From contig CAWGAT010000036.1 of NCBI GenBank assembly GCA_963820555.1, positions 4,568 to 68,567 of the forward strand: a stretch of 64,000 nucleotides of DNA. Direction: 5' to 3'. Below the pieces are notes generated by a model, which was given only the letters and a program-made list of their open reading frames with translations, was not told the origin of the DNA and ran no database searches. Positions 49,515-58,084 of this stretch are shown piece by piece (positions within the stretch are counted from its first letter, which is position 1; each line of letters begins with the position of its first letter). The translations under genes and the position numbers were made by a program. Source of the DNA: Candidatus Bathyarchaeota archaeon (GTDB lineage: Archaea; Thermoproteota; Bathyarchaeia; TCS64).

Positions 49515-50544
49515 ACTTGAGGTACTTCCTCATGTGCTTCGGCGTTGCATGGGGTACCGGCAGGTCGATCATCGTCTTGAAGCCGGGCTCCGCATTGATC
49601 ACAAGCGGGATCATGTTAGCCGTGATGGCGATCGTCGCGTAGTCGCCGTGTGTGCATGGGCTGATCTTCTCGTTGATCGGCGGCACGCCCTTTATCGTGA
49701 CGCTGTCGAATTCCTCGGGGGCGCCTATGTAGGCCTTGAAGTCCATCGTGATCAGCTTCTTGCCCTTCACGATGCCGTATGCCATCTGCATCGAGCCGGC
49801 GTTGTAGCCCTTGGGCACCTTGATCGCCTCACTCGCCACGTCCTTCTTCAGCACCACAGGCTCGGGGGTCTCCACCTTGATCTCGTCGAGCTCCCAGCCC
49901 AGCGCGTCCGCGATCATCTGGATGCTCTGCTCGAGGCCCACGTGGCCGGTGATCTCGTGGCTCGCGATCTTCTTCTTGAAGTCATCCACGGTGAGGCCTG
50001 CGCCTATCTTCGTCTGGAAGGGTATGCGGCGGGTCGCGGCGTCCATCTGCCGCGCTATGTAGATGTCGTCCACCTTCTGGCAGACGGCTGTGAGGAATGT
50101 CGGGAGTGTGTCCATCACGAAGCCAGGGTTGACGCCTGTTCCGAGGATCGTCGCCTTCCCCTTCTTCGCCACCTTATCCAGCTTCTCCGCGTACTTCTTC
50201 CCCTCGGGGGTCGCGTATGGGTAGCTAAGCTCCTCACAGGTGGAGACGACGTTCACGCCGTGCTTGAGGATCCCCTCGAACTGAGTGTAGGTCTGCTTCA
50301 GGTAGCTCATCGTCGTGTGGGCGACGATGTCAGGCTTGGTCGCCTCGAGGACCGCGTCGACGTCGTCGCTGATCTTGACGCCGAGTTTCTTCCTCCCCAT
50401 GACCTCGCCGAGGTCCTTCCCGACTATCTTGGGGTTGATGTCGATAGCGCCGACGAGCTCCACACCCTCCTTCTCGAGGAGGTGGGTCGCCAGCTTCTGA
50501 CCGATCACACCTATGCCATAAGAGACGACCTTGACGTTCTCCAA
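49513..50544 (-). CDS. NAD(P)-dependent amine dehydrogenase family (2,4-diaminopentanoate dehydrogenase/DapB-like)
   Basis: Intact 343 aa. N-terminal Rossmann VVSYGIGVIGQ, and GTGVNPGF typical of the family. Confidence 0.65.
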   Translation of the reverse strand: MENVKVVSYGIGVIGQKLATHLLEKEGVELVGAIDINPKIVGKDLGEVMGRKKLGVKISDDVDAVLEATKPDIVAHTTMSYLKQTYTQFEGILKHGVNVVSTCEELSYPYATPEGKKYAEKLDKVAKKGKATILGTGVNPGFVMDTLPTFLTAVCQKVDDIYIARQMDAATRRIPFQTKIGAGLTVDDFKKKIASHEITGHVGLEQSIQMIADALGWELDEIKVETPEPVVLKKDVASEAIKVPKGYNAGSMQMAYGIVKGKKLITMDFKAYIGAPEEFDSVTIKGVPPINEKISPCTHGDYATIAITANMIPLVINAEPGFKTMIDLPVPHATPKHMRKYLK

Positions 50545-50584
50545 GTTGGATCAGGATAGAAGGAATGGGTCAACGTTATAGCCC

Positions 50585-51670
50585 TTACGCGTTAGGAGGC
50601 GCAGGTGCGTCGGGGGAATCGGGGACGACAACTGGTTGCTTGGCCTCTTGGGTAGTAGCCTCAGTCTCAGCTGGAGGCGTCTTAGGTGGGGCTCCCCTCA
50701 GCTTCCTCATCCACGAGTCGAAGGGTTCCCACCCCTTCCGCTTCGCGTATAGAACGACGACGAAGATGACCACACCGGGTAGAAGCGATCTCAGGATCGA
50801 GTTGAAGACCACGTCGAAGGCGGGCTGCTCCTGCATCAGGAACCAGTTGATGGGTACGGTGCTCCCCGTGTTGTACCACCAACTGCTTGGGGTGATATTG
50901 TTAGTCCACCATGTCACATCACATGCGATTGGGACCATCACCAGGACAAGGTGGTATAGCCATACCATGACCCCCGTGTCATCGTCATGGAATGCGAGGG
51001 GAACCACCAGGCAGGTTACATACCATGCTGCTATTGAGAGGTTGTCGAGGGCGAGATGCGCGGTGTTACTCTGGATGAACCAGAAGCTGGCCACGATCAC
51101 CGGAGCCACAAGTAGAGGAGCTAGGGACAGGACTGGGAATCTGCCAACTCCAGTTCTCTTCGCCGGTAGGATGTAATCTATGAAGAAGGCAAGTGCCATG
51201 AACCCGATTACTAGTCCGAAGCCTCTGAGCGTCTTTATGAAGAGGCTGAAGTAGCCGATTATCGGGATGTGTCCGACCACCTTGCCCATGACGTTCGAGG
51301 CGGGCACCGGCGTTCCATCGGCGAAGGCGTTATAGTCACCCTTCGTCACGTAGCTGACAACGCCATTCGAGTCGATCTTACTGATTGCCCGATGCACTAT
51401 GTACTCATCGGTGGTCCCCGGTTTCAGGAAGACGATGATCTCCCCCTCTGGAGGAGACGCCGCCGTGATTTGGTTCACATTCGGTATCTTCGCAACGATG
51501 ATGTAGTCGCCGACCCCGAGGGTCGGGACCATGCTCTGGCTTACCACGACCATCATCGGGTACTCGGTTCCGAGGACGCCCCTGAGGATGTACGTGCCAC
51601 CGAAGAAAGCGGTTAGTAATACGGCGAAAGCGACGCCGTATTTTATAATCTCCTTAAACTTGGGGTCCAA
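50585..51670 (-). CDS. Archaeal-type signal peptidase I (S26B) with a long polytopic C-terminal extension
   Basis: VVSQSMVPTLGVGDYIIV (SxSMxPT catalytic Ser box), then about 5 extra TM segments and a Pro-rich tail. Confidence 0.7.
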   Translation of the reverse strand: MDPKFKEIIKYGVAFAVLLTAFFGGTYILRGVLGTEYPMMVVVSQSMVPTLGVGDYIIVAKIPNVNQITAASPPEGEIIVFLKPGTTDEYIVHRAISKIDSNGVVSYVTKGDYNAFADGTPVPASNVMGKVVGHIPIIGYFSLFIKTLRGFGLVIGFMALAFFIDYILPAKRTGVGRFPVLSLAPLLVAPVIVASFWFIQSNTAHLALDNLSIAAWYVTCLVVPLAFHDDDTGVMVWLYHLVLVMVPIACDVTWWTNNITPSSWWYNTGSTVPINWFLMQEQPAFDVVFNSILRSLLPGVVIFVVVLYAKRKGWEPFDSWMRKLRGAPPKTPPAETEATTQEAKQPVVVPDSPDAPAPPNA

Positions 51671-51694
51671 CTTAGATAGCCCAAGGGGGGCTTG

Positions 51695-52048
51695 CTAATC
51701 AGCCTTTCGGGGTGTGAGCCACCCCGTCAAGTCTTGGCAACTGACTGGGTCCCTGACGCCGCTCTCGAAGCATTTGTCAATGTCGGCACAGATCATGCAT
51801 GGGCATCCCTCGATGCTGTCCATCGTGACCAGCTCCTTCTTACTGAACAGCTTGTAGCTCCACCTTCCTTCATGTAGCACCTTACGCCTCTCTACTGAAC
51901 CTTTCTCCTCGAAACGCAGGGCGAGCCTCGACCCCTCCCGGCTACTGACGCCGAGCTCCTTCCAGAGGTTGCTCTGCATAATCCCGCCTTCGCCCGCCTC
52001 GAAGATTATCTTCAGGGCGCGCTGCTCAAGGCTGTTCTTGTGGGACAC
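51695..52048 (-). CDS. Winged-helix protein with a C-terminal Cys cluster (possibly TFE-beta/RPC34-like)
   Basis: 117 aa. wHTH IMQSNLWKELGVSSREGSRLALRFEEKGSVERRKV, then CPCMICADIDKC...SC. Lies directly downstream of tbp. Confidence 0.4.
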   Translation of the reverse strand: MSHKNSLEQRALKIIFEAGEGGIMQSNLWKELGVSSREGSRLALRFEEKGSVERRKVLHEGRWSYKLFSKKELVTMDSIEGCPCMICADIDKCFESGVRDPVSCQDLTGWLTPRKAD

Positions 52049-52064
52049 GCGGAGCCCCTCCAGA

Positions 52065-52629
52065 CTATTCCTCGTAGTAGATGAGGTCGTAGTCCTCTAG
52101 GATGCCGTGTAGCTTCTCGACAGCCTCGCGGACCATGTCCTCGTGCTTCGCCCCCGTGCAGACGAGCTTACCGCTTGCGAAGAGGAGCATGACGACCTTC
52201 GGTTCGCCCATCCTGAAGATGAGGCCCGGGAACTGCTCTGGCTCGTACATGACGTTGTCCATGATGTCGGCGGCGGTCTCGAGGTCGATCTTACCGTGGA
52301 GGTTCGCGGACGCGACTATGTTCTGTATGACGATCTTCGGCTTACCGAGGATGATTATTCCGTTGGTCTTCAGCTCCCTGACGACCTTCTTCACCGCGCT
52401 CCTCGCCTGTTTCTCAGACTTTGCGCCGGTGCACACCATCTTCCCCGAGCCGAAGATCAGCGTCGCGGTCTTTGGCCTCTTCAGCCTAAAGACGAGACCT
52501 GGGAACTGCTTTGGGCGATACTCGACGTTCCGGAACACCTTCATTATTGCGAGTAGGTCGATCTTCTGGTCAAGGGTCGCCGAGGCGACGACGTTCTCGA
52601 TGCTTATATGTAGGTCCTTTTTTCAGCAA
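52065..52629 (-). CDS. tbp: TATA-box-binding protein; start obscured by a 1-nt error in the T6 run 52618-52623
   Basis: Two TBP repeats (ISIENVVASATLDQKIDL... and IVIQNIVASANLHGKIDL...). The frame is open to 52622 with no ATG/GTG/TTG. Shortening the run by 1 gives TTG(52629)-LKKDLHISIENVV. Confidence 0.9.
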
Positions 52630-52672
52630 CGTTCTTGACGCTTACAGGTCTTTCTTCTCAGCCAATTGATCT

Positions 52673-53017
52673 TCACCAATCACCCATGGCTAGAGTCCGT
52701 CCAGCCTGCTCAGTAGGTCCGCTGGTGAGCAGATCCTGATTTACTATCTCGACGACGGGGAAGCTGCTCACGTTGGGCTCATGCTGCACCTTCTCCGACG
52801 CCCCGATCTCGCCGCTGTAGCTGTTGTATGTGATGAAGTTGCCCTTGATCTGCTCCTTCTCCTTGACGAAGTATAGGAACATCTCGTGTAGGGTCCCGCC
52901 CACTAGGAAGTAGAGGTGTGAGGAGCCGTTTGCCAAGTGCTGTATTACCCCGCTTGAGGGGGATGATGCTACGAGCATTATTAGGTCCCTGAGGGACCGA
53001 AGTTGGACGAACTTCAT
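52673..53017 (-). CDS. Hypothetical protein
   Basis: Intact 114-aa ORF. No motif recognised. Confidence 0.35.
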   Translation of the reverse strand: MKFVQLRSLRDLIMLVASSPSSGVIQHLANGSSHLYFLVGGTLHEMFLYFVKEKEQIKGNFITYNSYSGEIGASEKVQHEPNVSSFPVVEIVNQDLLTSGPTEQAGRTLAMGDW

Positions 53018-53247
53018 GGCGTTACCTTATAAAGGGCTGCATTCAAGTATATAAATAGTTTAAATATGTCTAAATGTTTCAGCTTGAGTTAAATTCGTTT
53101 CATGAGAATAACGTCCCATTTATAGAATTTGACTCATCCAGATCAATTCACCAAAGAACCATCTTACACATTTATGATCTATACCTTATACGCCTCGACT
53201 ACTCCTTGAAGCAGGTTTATATCAAACACTTTTCCACCATCTGAAGC

Positions 53248-53690
53248 GTGAACATCACCGATCTTCTGGTTGTCCTGCAGACGTCGCTCGCCCCCTGCGT
53301 CTTGATCAGCGGCGTCGGGCTTCTGGTATTGTCCATGACGAATAGGCTGGGTCGCCCCCTCGATAGGATTCGGGCGCTCACTGGTGAGATCAGCAGGCGA
53401 ACGGCGAGCAGAAGCGGGTATTGCTCGAGGAGATCGACATCCTCTACAGGAGAGCGAGGCTTCTTCAAGCGGCGGTCACCTTCTCGGTTCTGAGTATCTT
53501 CTTCGTGGCCACGATCATCTTCTCGATATTCGTGACAGTCACATTCGGGGCGGGCCTTGAGGGGCTCATCGTGGTTCAGTTCTCCGCGAGTCTCATCGCA
53601 CTCGTCGTCTCTCTCGTACTCTTCGTATGGGATATCCAGCTCGGCCTCAACTCGATAAAGATCGAGATTGATCGCTGGAAGCCACGCTGA
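53248..53690 (+). CDS. DUF2721-family membrane protein; one frame disruption near 53410
   Basis: LAPCVLISGVGLLVLSMTNRLGRPLDRIRAL (ORF 53248..53493) joins LLEEIDILYRRARLLQAAV... (ORF 53421..53690). Confidence 0.6.
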
Positions 53691-53777
53691 GCCCACGGCA
53701 TCCTCTATATCCAGCTACATTTTCTATATAGAGTAGACCTAAACCACCGATACACATAGCCTTGATCGGCGAAGAAC

Positions 53778-53873
53778 ATGAACTGTAAGGTATGCGGGGA
53801 GACTAATCCTGACGACGCGAGGTTCTGCAGCCGCTGCGGCTCCAGCCTGAGCGGCGACAGCATGGTTTCATAG
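53778..53873 (+). CDS. 31-aa zinc-ribbon mini-protein
   Basis: Own translation: MNCKVCGETNPDDARFCSRCGSSLSGDSMVS. Two CxxC pairs. Its TAG overlaps the GTG of the next gene (TAGTG). Confidence 0.4.
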   Translation: MNCKVCGETNPDDARFCSRCGSSLSGDSMVS

Positions 53874-54202
53874 TGGCCACGATGCCCACAATCCCAGGCT
53901 ACAGGGTGAAGAGGGTCATCGGGATCGTATCGGGCATCACGCCGAGGACGAGGGGGTTACTCGGGAAGTTCATTGCCGGGATCGAGTCGATGAAAGGCGG
54001 TGAGGTAACTGCGTTCAGCTACGAGATCGAGAAGGCGCGGGCGGAGGCAATCGACAGGGTTAGGGCCAAGGCGGCGGCGCTGGGCGCGAACGCTGTCCTG
54101 AGCGTGGACATCGAGACCTCTGACATGGGTTACCAGATGGGGATACTCGTCTTCTCGGCGACGGGCACCGCTGTCGTCGTGGAGCCTGAGGCTCAGCCCT
54201 GA
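53873..54202 (+). CDS. YbjQ/UPF0145-family protein
   Basis: 109 aa. IPGYRVKRVIGIVSGITPRTRG...ALGANAVLSVDIE. Confidence 0.8.
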   Translation: MATMPTIPGYRVKRVIGIVSGITPRTRGLLGKFIAGIESMKGGEVTAFSYEIEKARAEAIDRVRAKAAALGANAVLSVDIETSDMGYQMGILVFSATGTAVVVEPEAQP

Positions 54203-54203
54203 G

Positions 54204-54737
54204 CTAACCAGTTTTTTGCTGGATGTCCAACATGATTGGTGCGAAGAACTCCTTCTTCGCCCTACAGATGGGGCAGATGTAGGGTGGGTCATCGCGGAAG
54301 ACGACGTAGCCGCACTGCTTGCAGTACCAGAGCTTTCTGTCGGTTGTATGGGGGGCCGTCGCCGGAGGGGTCTTCTGTTCCTCAGCAGGTTTCGGTGTTG
54401 AGTCTGGGAACATTTTCTCCGGGGGTCTCCGCTCCGGTATGGGTTTGATTTTACCGGAGTCGTAAACCTCCTTGTTGACGTAGAGGCAACAGTAGCAAGC
54501 CCCGAACTCGGCGACGTCCGGGTCGCGGTAGTCGCAGGGGCAGATTATGTCTCTATCCTGCTCGAAGACGCCTGTCGCGGGCCTGCAGGGGCAGGATGGG
54601 TAGCCGTAGCGTTCCTCGTTCGTCTTCAGGCCTTCTAGTAGGTCCTGTAGGAACTTTGGGTCGGGGGTCAAGTAGTAGCCGTGCATCTTGGCGTCGGCCT
54701 CGGCTCGCTGCCTGACCCTGTCTATTGTTACGCTCAT
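54204..54737 (-). CDS. Ferredoxin:thioredoxin-reductase-like catalytic domain fused to a rubredoxin-like domain
   Basis: YPSCPCRP...ICPCDYR...CYCCLY (FTR catalytic Cys pattern), then WYCKQCGY...YICPICRA. Confidence 0.8.
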   Translation of the reverse strand: MSVTIDRVRQRAEADAKMHGYYLTPDPKFLQDLLEGLKTNEERYGYPSCPCRPATGVFEQDRDIICPCDYRDPDVAEFGACYCCLYVNKEVYDSGKIKPIPERRPPEKMFPDSTPKPAEEQKTPPATAPHTTDRKLWYCKQCGYVVFRDDPPYICPICRAKKEFFAPIMLDIQQKTG

Positions 54738-55018
54738 AGTCCCAACGCGCCTAGGATCTTCTCTGGTTGGTAGCCGCTGATGAGCTGGGCGTCGTCTATG
54801 ATGACGATGGGGAAGCCGAGGGGGGCGTTCCGTTTGTGTAGGTCTTCTATGGCGGCTTTGCGCTCCTCGGCCTTGAGGTCGTCTACGTCGAGGTACTCGT
54901 ATTCTACGCCCTTCTCTTTTAGGAGTTCCTTAGTCTTCTTGCACCAGCCGCAGGTGCTGAGGGTGTAGAGGAATACCTTGTGTTCCTTCTTGTCTCCGTC
55001 GACCTTGGTGATGGGCAA
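54734..55018 (-). CDS. Glutaredoxin-like protein (CGWC)
   Basis: 94 aa, FLYTLSTCGWCKKTKELL. Its stop overlaps the start of the FTR-like gene by 4 nt. Confidence 0.8.
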   Translation of the reverse strand: MPITKVDGDKKEHKVFLYTLSTCGWCKKTKELLKEKGVEYEYLDVDDLKAEERKAAIEDLHKRNAPLGFPIVIIDDAQLISGYQPEKILGALGL

Positions 55019-55121
55019 CTGAGAATTCTCCTAGATTAGAGTTCATTCTGCGAGGTTTATAAATGGTGATTCGACTCGGAATCGTCTTCTACTCGTTTGG
55101 TGGATTTTATTTCGATCTGTT

Positions 55122-56351
55122 TTGGGCGGGGCGAAGGTGTGGGACGGCTACGGGGCGTATGGTTACCTTGAGGCTGGGTTCGACTATAGGGTCTTCAAGC
55201 TGTCGAGGGGGGCGGGTAGGGTCCCCGAGTATAGAGTTCCCCTGTCGAGGGCGGAGGAGGAGAGGTTCGAGGGACTCATGGAGAGGAACATGATCATCGA
55301 CCTGCATGAGCATCCTGTTCTCTATCCCGAGGATATGACTCAGCTGCCCGAGGTCAACGGGCTGGGGAGGCAGTTCACCGCTTACGAAGACATCGCGAAG
55401 GCGGGCGTGGACTGTGTCTTCGACCACATGATGGACGGTATGGGCTACATAACGAGCTTTAACGGGTGGAAGTGGAACGACGTCGTTCACGACATCGGAG
55501 TCAGGCTCTGTGATCTGGCTCATCAGGGGACGGTGATCCACTGCAGGGGCGTCGGCGACATTGAGGAGGCGCGTAGGAGGGGTAAGGTTGCGCTCGTCCT
55601 CTGCCTAGAGTCGGCGACGCCGATTGAGAACGAGGTGGATCGGGTGGATGTTCTCTACGGCTTGGGGGTCAGGAGTATGGGGGTCTGCTACTCTGAGTCG
55701 AACATGCTCGGTGGTGGCATGGGGGAGAGTAGGCTTGACTCGGGGCTGACGGACTTTGGCTACGATGTTGTGAAGCGCATGAACAAGGTAGGGATGCTAG
55801 TCGATGTGGGGCACACGAACGATAGGACGGCGCTTGAGACTATTGAGGCCTCTGGAGACCCTATTTACAACAGCCACAGTGGGCCGGGGGCGATTGCTCA
55901 GGGGCACACGAACGGGGATGAGTTCCTGCATACGTTGGCGGAGAGCGATGGCCTACTCGGGATCGGCGGCGCGGGGAGGGGGCTGAGGACAAGGAAGCAT
56001 CCGGTCGGGAGCATCGACAGCTATGGGGAGTGCCTAGCTTACTGCATAGACTTGATGGGGGTGGATCACGTCGGCTGCGGCCCTGACACGCTGTACGGTG
56101 ACCACCAGGCGCTCTATAGGGTGTGGTTCCCGAGGCGGATGGGTCACTACAGGAGGCCGGGCGCCGGTGAGGCGGAGGAGTTCCCCGTGTTGAATGGGGA
56201 GGTTGACCCCAGCTATGTCAGGGGGCTTGAGAATCCGTCGGAGTTCACGAACATCGCCCGGTGGATGGTGGCGAATGGGTATAGCGATGGGGAGGTTGGT
56301 AAGGTGATGGGCGGGAACGCTCTCAGGCTTCTGGGGCGGGTGTGGGGGTAG
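55122..56351 (+). CDS. Membrane dipeptidase family M19 (second, divergent copy)
   Basis: Intact 409 aa. IIDLHEHP, DVGHTNDRT and YNSHSG. Confidence 0.75.
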   Translation: MGGAKVWDGYGAYGYLEAGFDYRVFKLSRGAGRVPEYRVPLSRAEEERFEGLMERNMIIDLHEHPVLYPEDMTQLPEVNGLGRQFTAYEDIAKAGVDCVFDHMMDGMGYITSFNGWKWNDVVHDIGVRLCDLAHQGTVIHCRGVGDIEEARRRGKVALVLCLESATPIENEVDRVDVLYGLGVRSMGVCYSESNMLGGGMGESRLDSGLTDFGYDVVKRMNKVGMLVDVGHTNDRTALETIEASGDPIYNSHSGPGAIAQGHTNGDEFLHTLAESDGLLGIGGAGRGLRTRKHPVGSIDSYGECLAYCIDLMGVDHVGCGPDTLYGDHQALYRVWFPRRMGHYRRPGAGEAEEFPVLNGEVDPSYVRGLENPSEFTNIARWMVANGYSDGEVGKVMGGNALRLLGRVWG

Positions 56352-56691
56352 GGTTACCGAGTCTCCTCCTGAGTATTGATGAGCAGACTATGAGCCAGTA
56401 GGTATAGTTGGGGAGGGTGAGGGCGAAGCTGAGCCAGTAGCCCTGCTGGGCGTAGTAGGCGAGGGCGAGCCCGATCGCTAGGACGATGAGTATCGTTCCG
56501 GGTAGGTTGTACCCCCTGAGGACCTTTCTGTCCCTGTAAGCAGTGTAGAGCATGAGGAAGCCGCTTAGGAAGAGGAATAGGTTGCCGGCGTCGAGTAGGA
56601 GGGTGTCCACGATACCTCCTCTTCGTTTAGGTTGATAACGGTTGAGAGTTTGTTTATGCGTGTGTGTGGGTGGGGGGGTGTATAACATCAT
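56323..56691 (-). CDS. Small membrane protein, hypothetical (start uncertain)
   Basis: 122-aa ORF with 3 hydrophobic segments. The N-terminal ~20 aa are probably not translated. Confidence 0.3.
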   Translation of the reverse strand: MMLYTPPPTHTHKQTLNRYQPKRRGGIVDTLLLDAGNLFLFLSGFLMLYTAYRDRKVLRGYNLPGTILIVLAIGLALAYYAQQGYWLSFALTLPNYTYWLIVCSSILRRRLGNPTPTPAPEA

Positions 56692-56760
56692 CCAGCGTCT
56701 CCTTCTTTAACGGTTCCATGGTGTGACTTGGGGATTGCCTGTTTACTTTATTTATTTATG

Positions 56761-58003
56761 GAGAATTTTGATTTACTCTGGTTTTAGTGGTTTTTACCCC
56801 CCCTCGGCATTCAGACGCGTTTTTTCCACCCCCCACGGGTAAGCTTAAAGATCTCTAACACGAACACCCATCATGCACTCCTTCAAGACCTACCTCCTGA
56901 AGCAATCCTACGAGAACGTGGCCAAACTAGGAGACAAACTCGCCGAAGCGGACAAGATAGACTGGGAGGCCTTCAGACCCATCACCCAGGGACTCTTCGA
57001 CAACGGCGGAACCAACGGCGGCCGCCCCAACCTGGACCCGGTGATGATGGTGAAACTGCTGGTGCTTCAGGCCTGGTACGGGCTGAGCGACCCCGAGCTC
57101 GAGAGGCAGGTCGCGGACAGGATCAGCTTCCAGCGGTTCCTAGGGTACCCGGAGTCGGCACCGGACTTCTCGACGGTGTGGAGGTTCAGGGAGAGGCTCG
57201 CCGTCTCCGGTAAGGACAGGCTGATCTGGGACGAGCTGCAGCGCCAGCTGGACGCCGAGGGCCTGAAGGTGGAGAAGGGCGTGATCCAGGACGCCTCGTT
57301 CATCACAGCCGACCCCGGCCACGCCGGGGCCGACGAGCCCCGTGGCGACGCGGCCCAGACCCGGAGGTCCAGGGACGGGGCCTGGGCGGTGAAGGGGAGG
57401 AAGGCCTACTTCGGCTACAAGCTCCACGCGAAGGTGGATACGAACCACGGCCTCGTCCGCGACCTCGAGGTGACGCCCGCCAACGTGCATGACAACGAGG
57501 TCGACCTGAGTAAGCCGGGTGAGGTGGTTTACCGTGACAAGGGGTACCAGGGCGTGGGGCCTCGTGGCTGGGACGCGACGATGAGGCGTGGGGCCCGTGG
57601 CCACCCGCTGAGCATCTGGGATAAGCTGCGGAACGCGCGGATCGGCCGAAGGCGGGCGCCGGGTGAGAGGCCGTTCGCGGTGATCAAGCGCGTGTTCGGC
57701 TCGGGGCACGTGCTCGTGACCACTGTTTCCAGGGTCCGGGTTAAGATGGTCTTCGCGTGTCTTGGCTTCGACGTGGTTCAGCTGGGGAGGCTGGGCGTGT
57801 AGCCGGCGGCGTGGGCCATCGATCTGGTGGCCTTTTAGGTGGTTTGAGGGTGGTGTATGGGGGGCTGGGGAGGTGTGTAGGGCTTTGGGGAGTGGTCGGT
57901 GAGGTGGCTTGAGGCTTGTTCCAGCGTTGTTTCATGCCGATCACAGCCCCTTTCTTGAACAAAAATAACCAGTATCAAAGAAAACGAAGATTATCAAAAT
58001 CCT
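56761..58003 (+). mobile_element. Complete IS5-family insertion sequence (1243 bp) with imperfect terminal inverted repeats and a 4-bp target duplication
   Basis: IRL GAGAATTTTGAT (56761-) versus the reverse complement of IRR GAGGATTTTGAT (-58003), 11 of 12 identical. Flanking direct repeat TATG at 56757-56760 and 58004-58007. Confidence 0.8.
56873..57802 (+). CDS. IS5-family DDE transposase
   Basis: Intact 309 aa. InsH-like N-terminus (LDPVMMVKLLVLQAWYGLSDPELERQV...ISFQRFLG). DDE region (DASFITAD, YRDKGY). Confidence 0.9.
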   Translation: MHSFKTYLLKQSYENVAKLGDKLAEADKIDWEAFRPITQGLFDNGGTNGGRPNLDPVMMVKLLVLQAWYGLSDPELERQVADRISFQRFLGYPESAPDFSTVWRFRERLAVSGKDRLIWDELQRQLDAEGLKVEKGVIQDASFITADPGHAGADEPRGDAAQTRRSRDGAWAVKGRKAYFGYKLHAKVDTNHGLVRDLEVTPANVHDNEVDLSKPGEVVYRDKGYQGVGPRGWDATMRRGARGHPLSIWDKLRNARIGRRRAPGERPFAVIKRVFGSGHVLVTTVSRVRVKMVFACLGFDVVQLGRLGV

Positions 58004-58049
58004 CTATGTTAATTTCTTGGTCGTCTGGGCTTTTTTCCTGTATTTAAGT

Positions 58050-58084
58050 GGGATGATAGTGTGATGATAGTTTATACTATCATC
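58050..58084. repeat. GGATGATAGT / GATGATAGT direct repeats plus inverted ACTATCATCC
   Basis: 58050-58059 and 58075-58084 form a perfect 10-bp inverted repeat. A second direct copy lies at 58062-58070. Located between the IS right end and the dam 3' end. Confidence 0.6.

Noticed and set aside
49534-50559. 341-aa ORF antisense to the amine dehydrogenase gene
   Set aside because: It is antisense to an intact ORF with good motifs. It has a biased L/R/D/V/H-rich composition and no motifs. This is an expected artefact of stop-poor GC-rich sequence.
53018-53247. 230-bp AT-rich intergenic region as a possible replication origin
   Set aside because: I saw no repeated ORB-like elements (TCCAGTGGAAAC type) and no adjacent orc1/cdc6 gene. 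It is more simply a divergent promoter region.
57840-57925. G-rich tract in the right arm of the IS as a functional G-quadruplex or ncRNA
   Set aside because: G-runs are present, but I could not define four regular G3+ tracts with short loops by eye. With no conservation information, this is noted only as a compositional oddity.
58050-58084. GATGATAGT repeats as a degenerate CRISPR array
   Set aside because: There are only three short (9-10 nt) copies, one of them inverted, with 2-4 nt spacers and no cas genes. This is inconsistent with CRISPR architecture.
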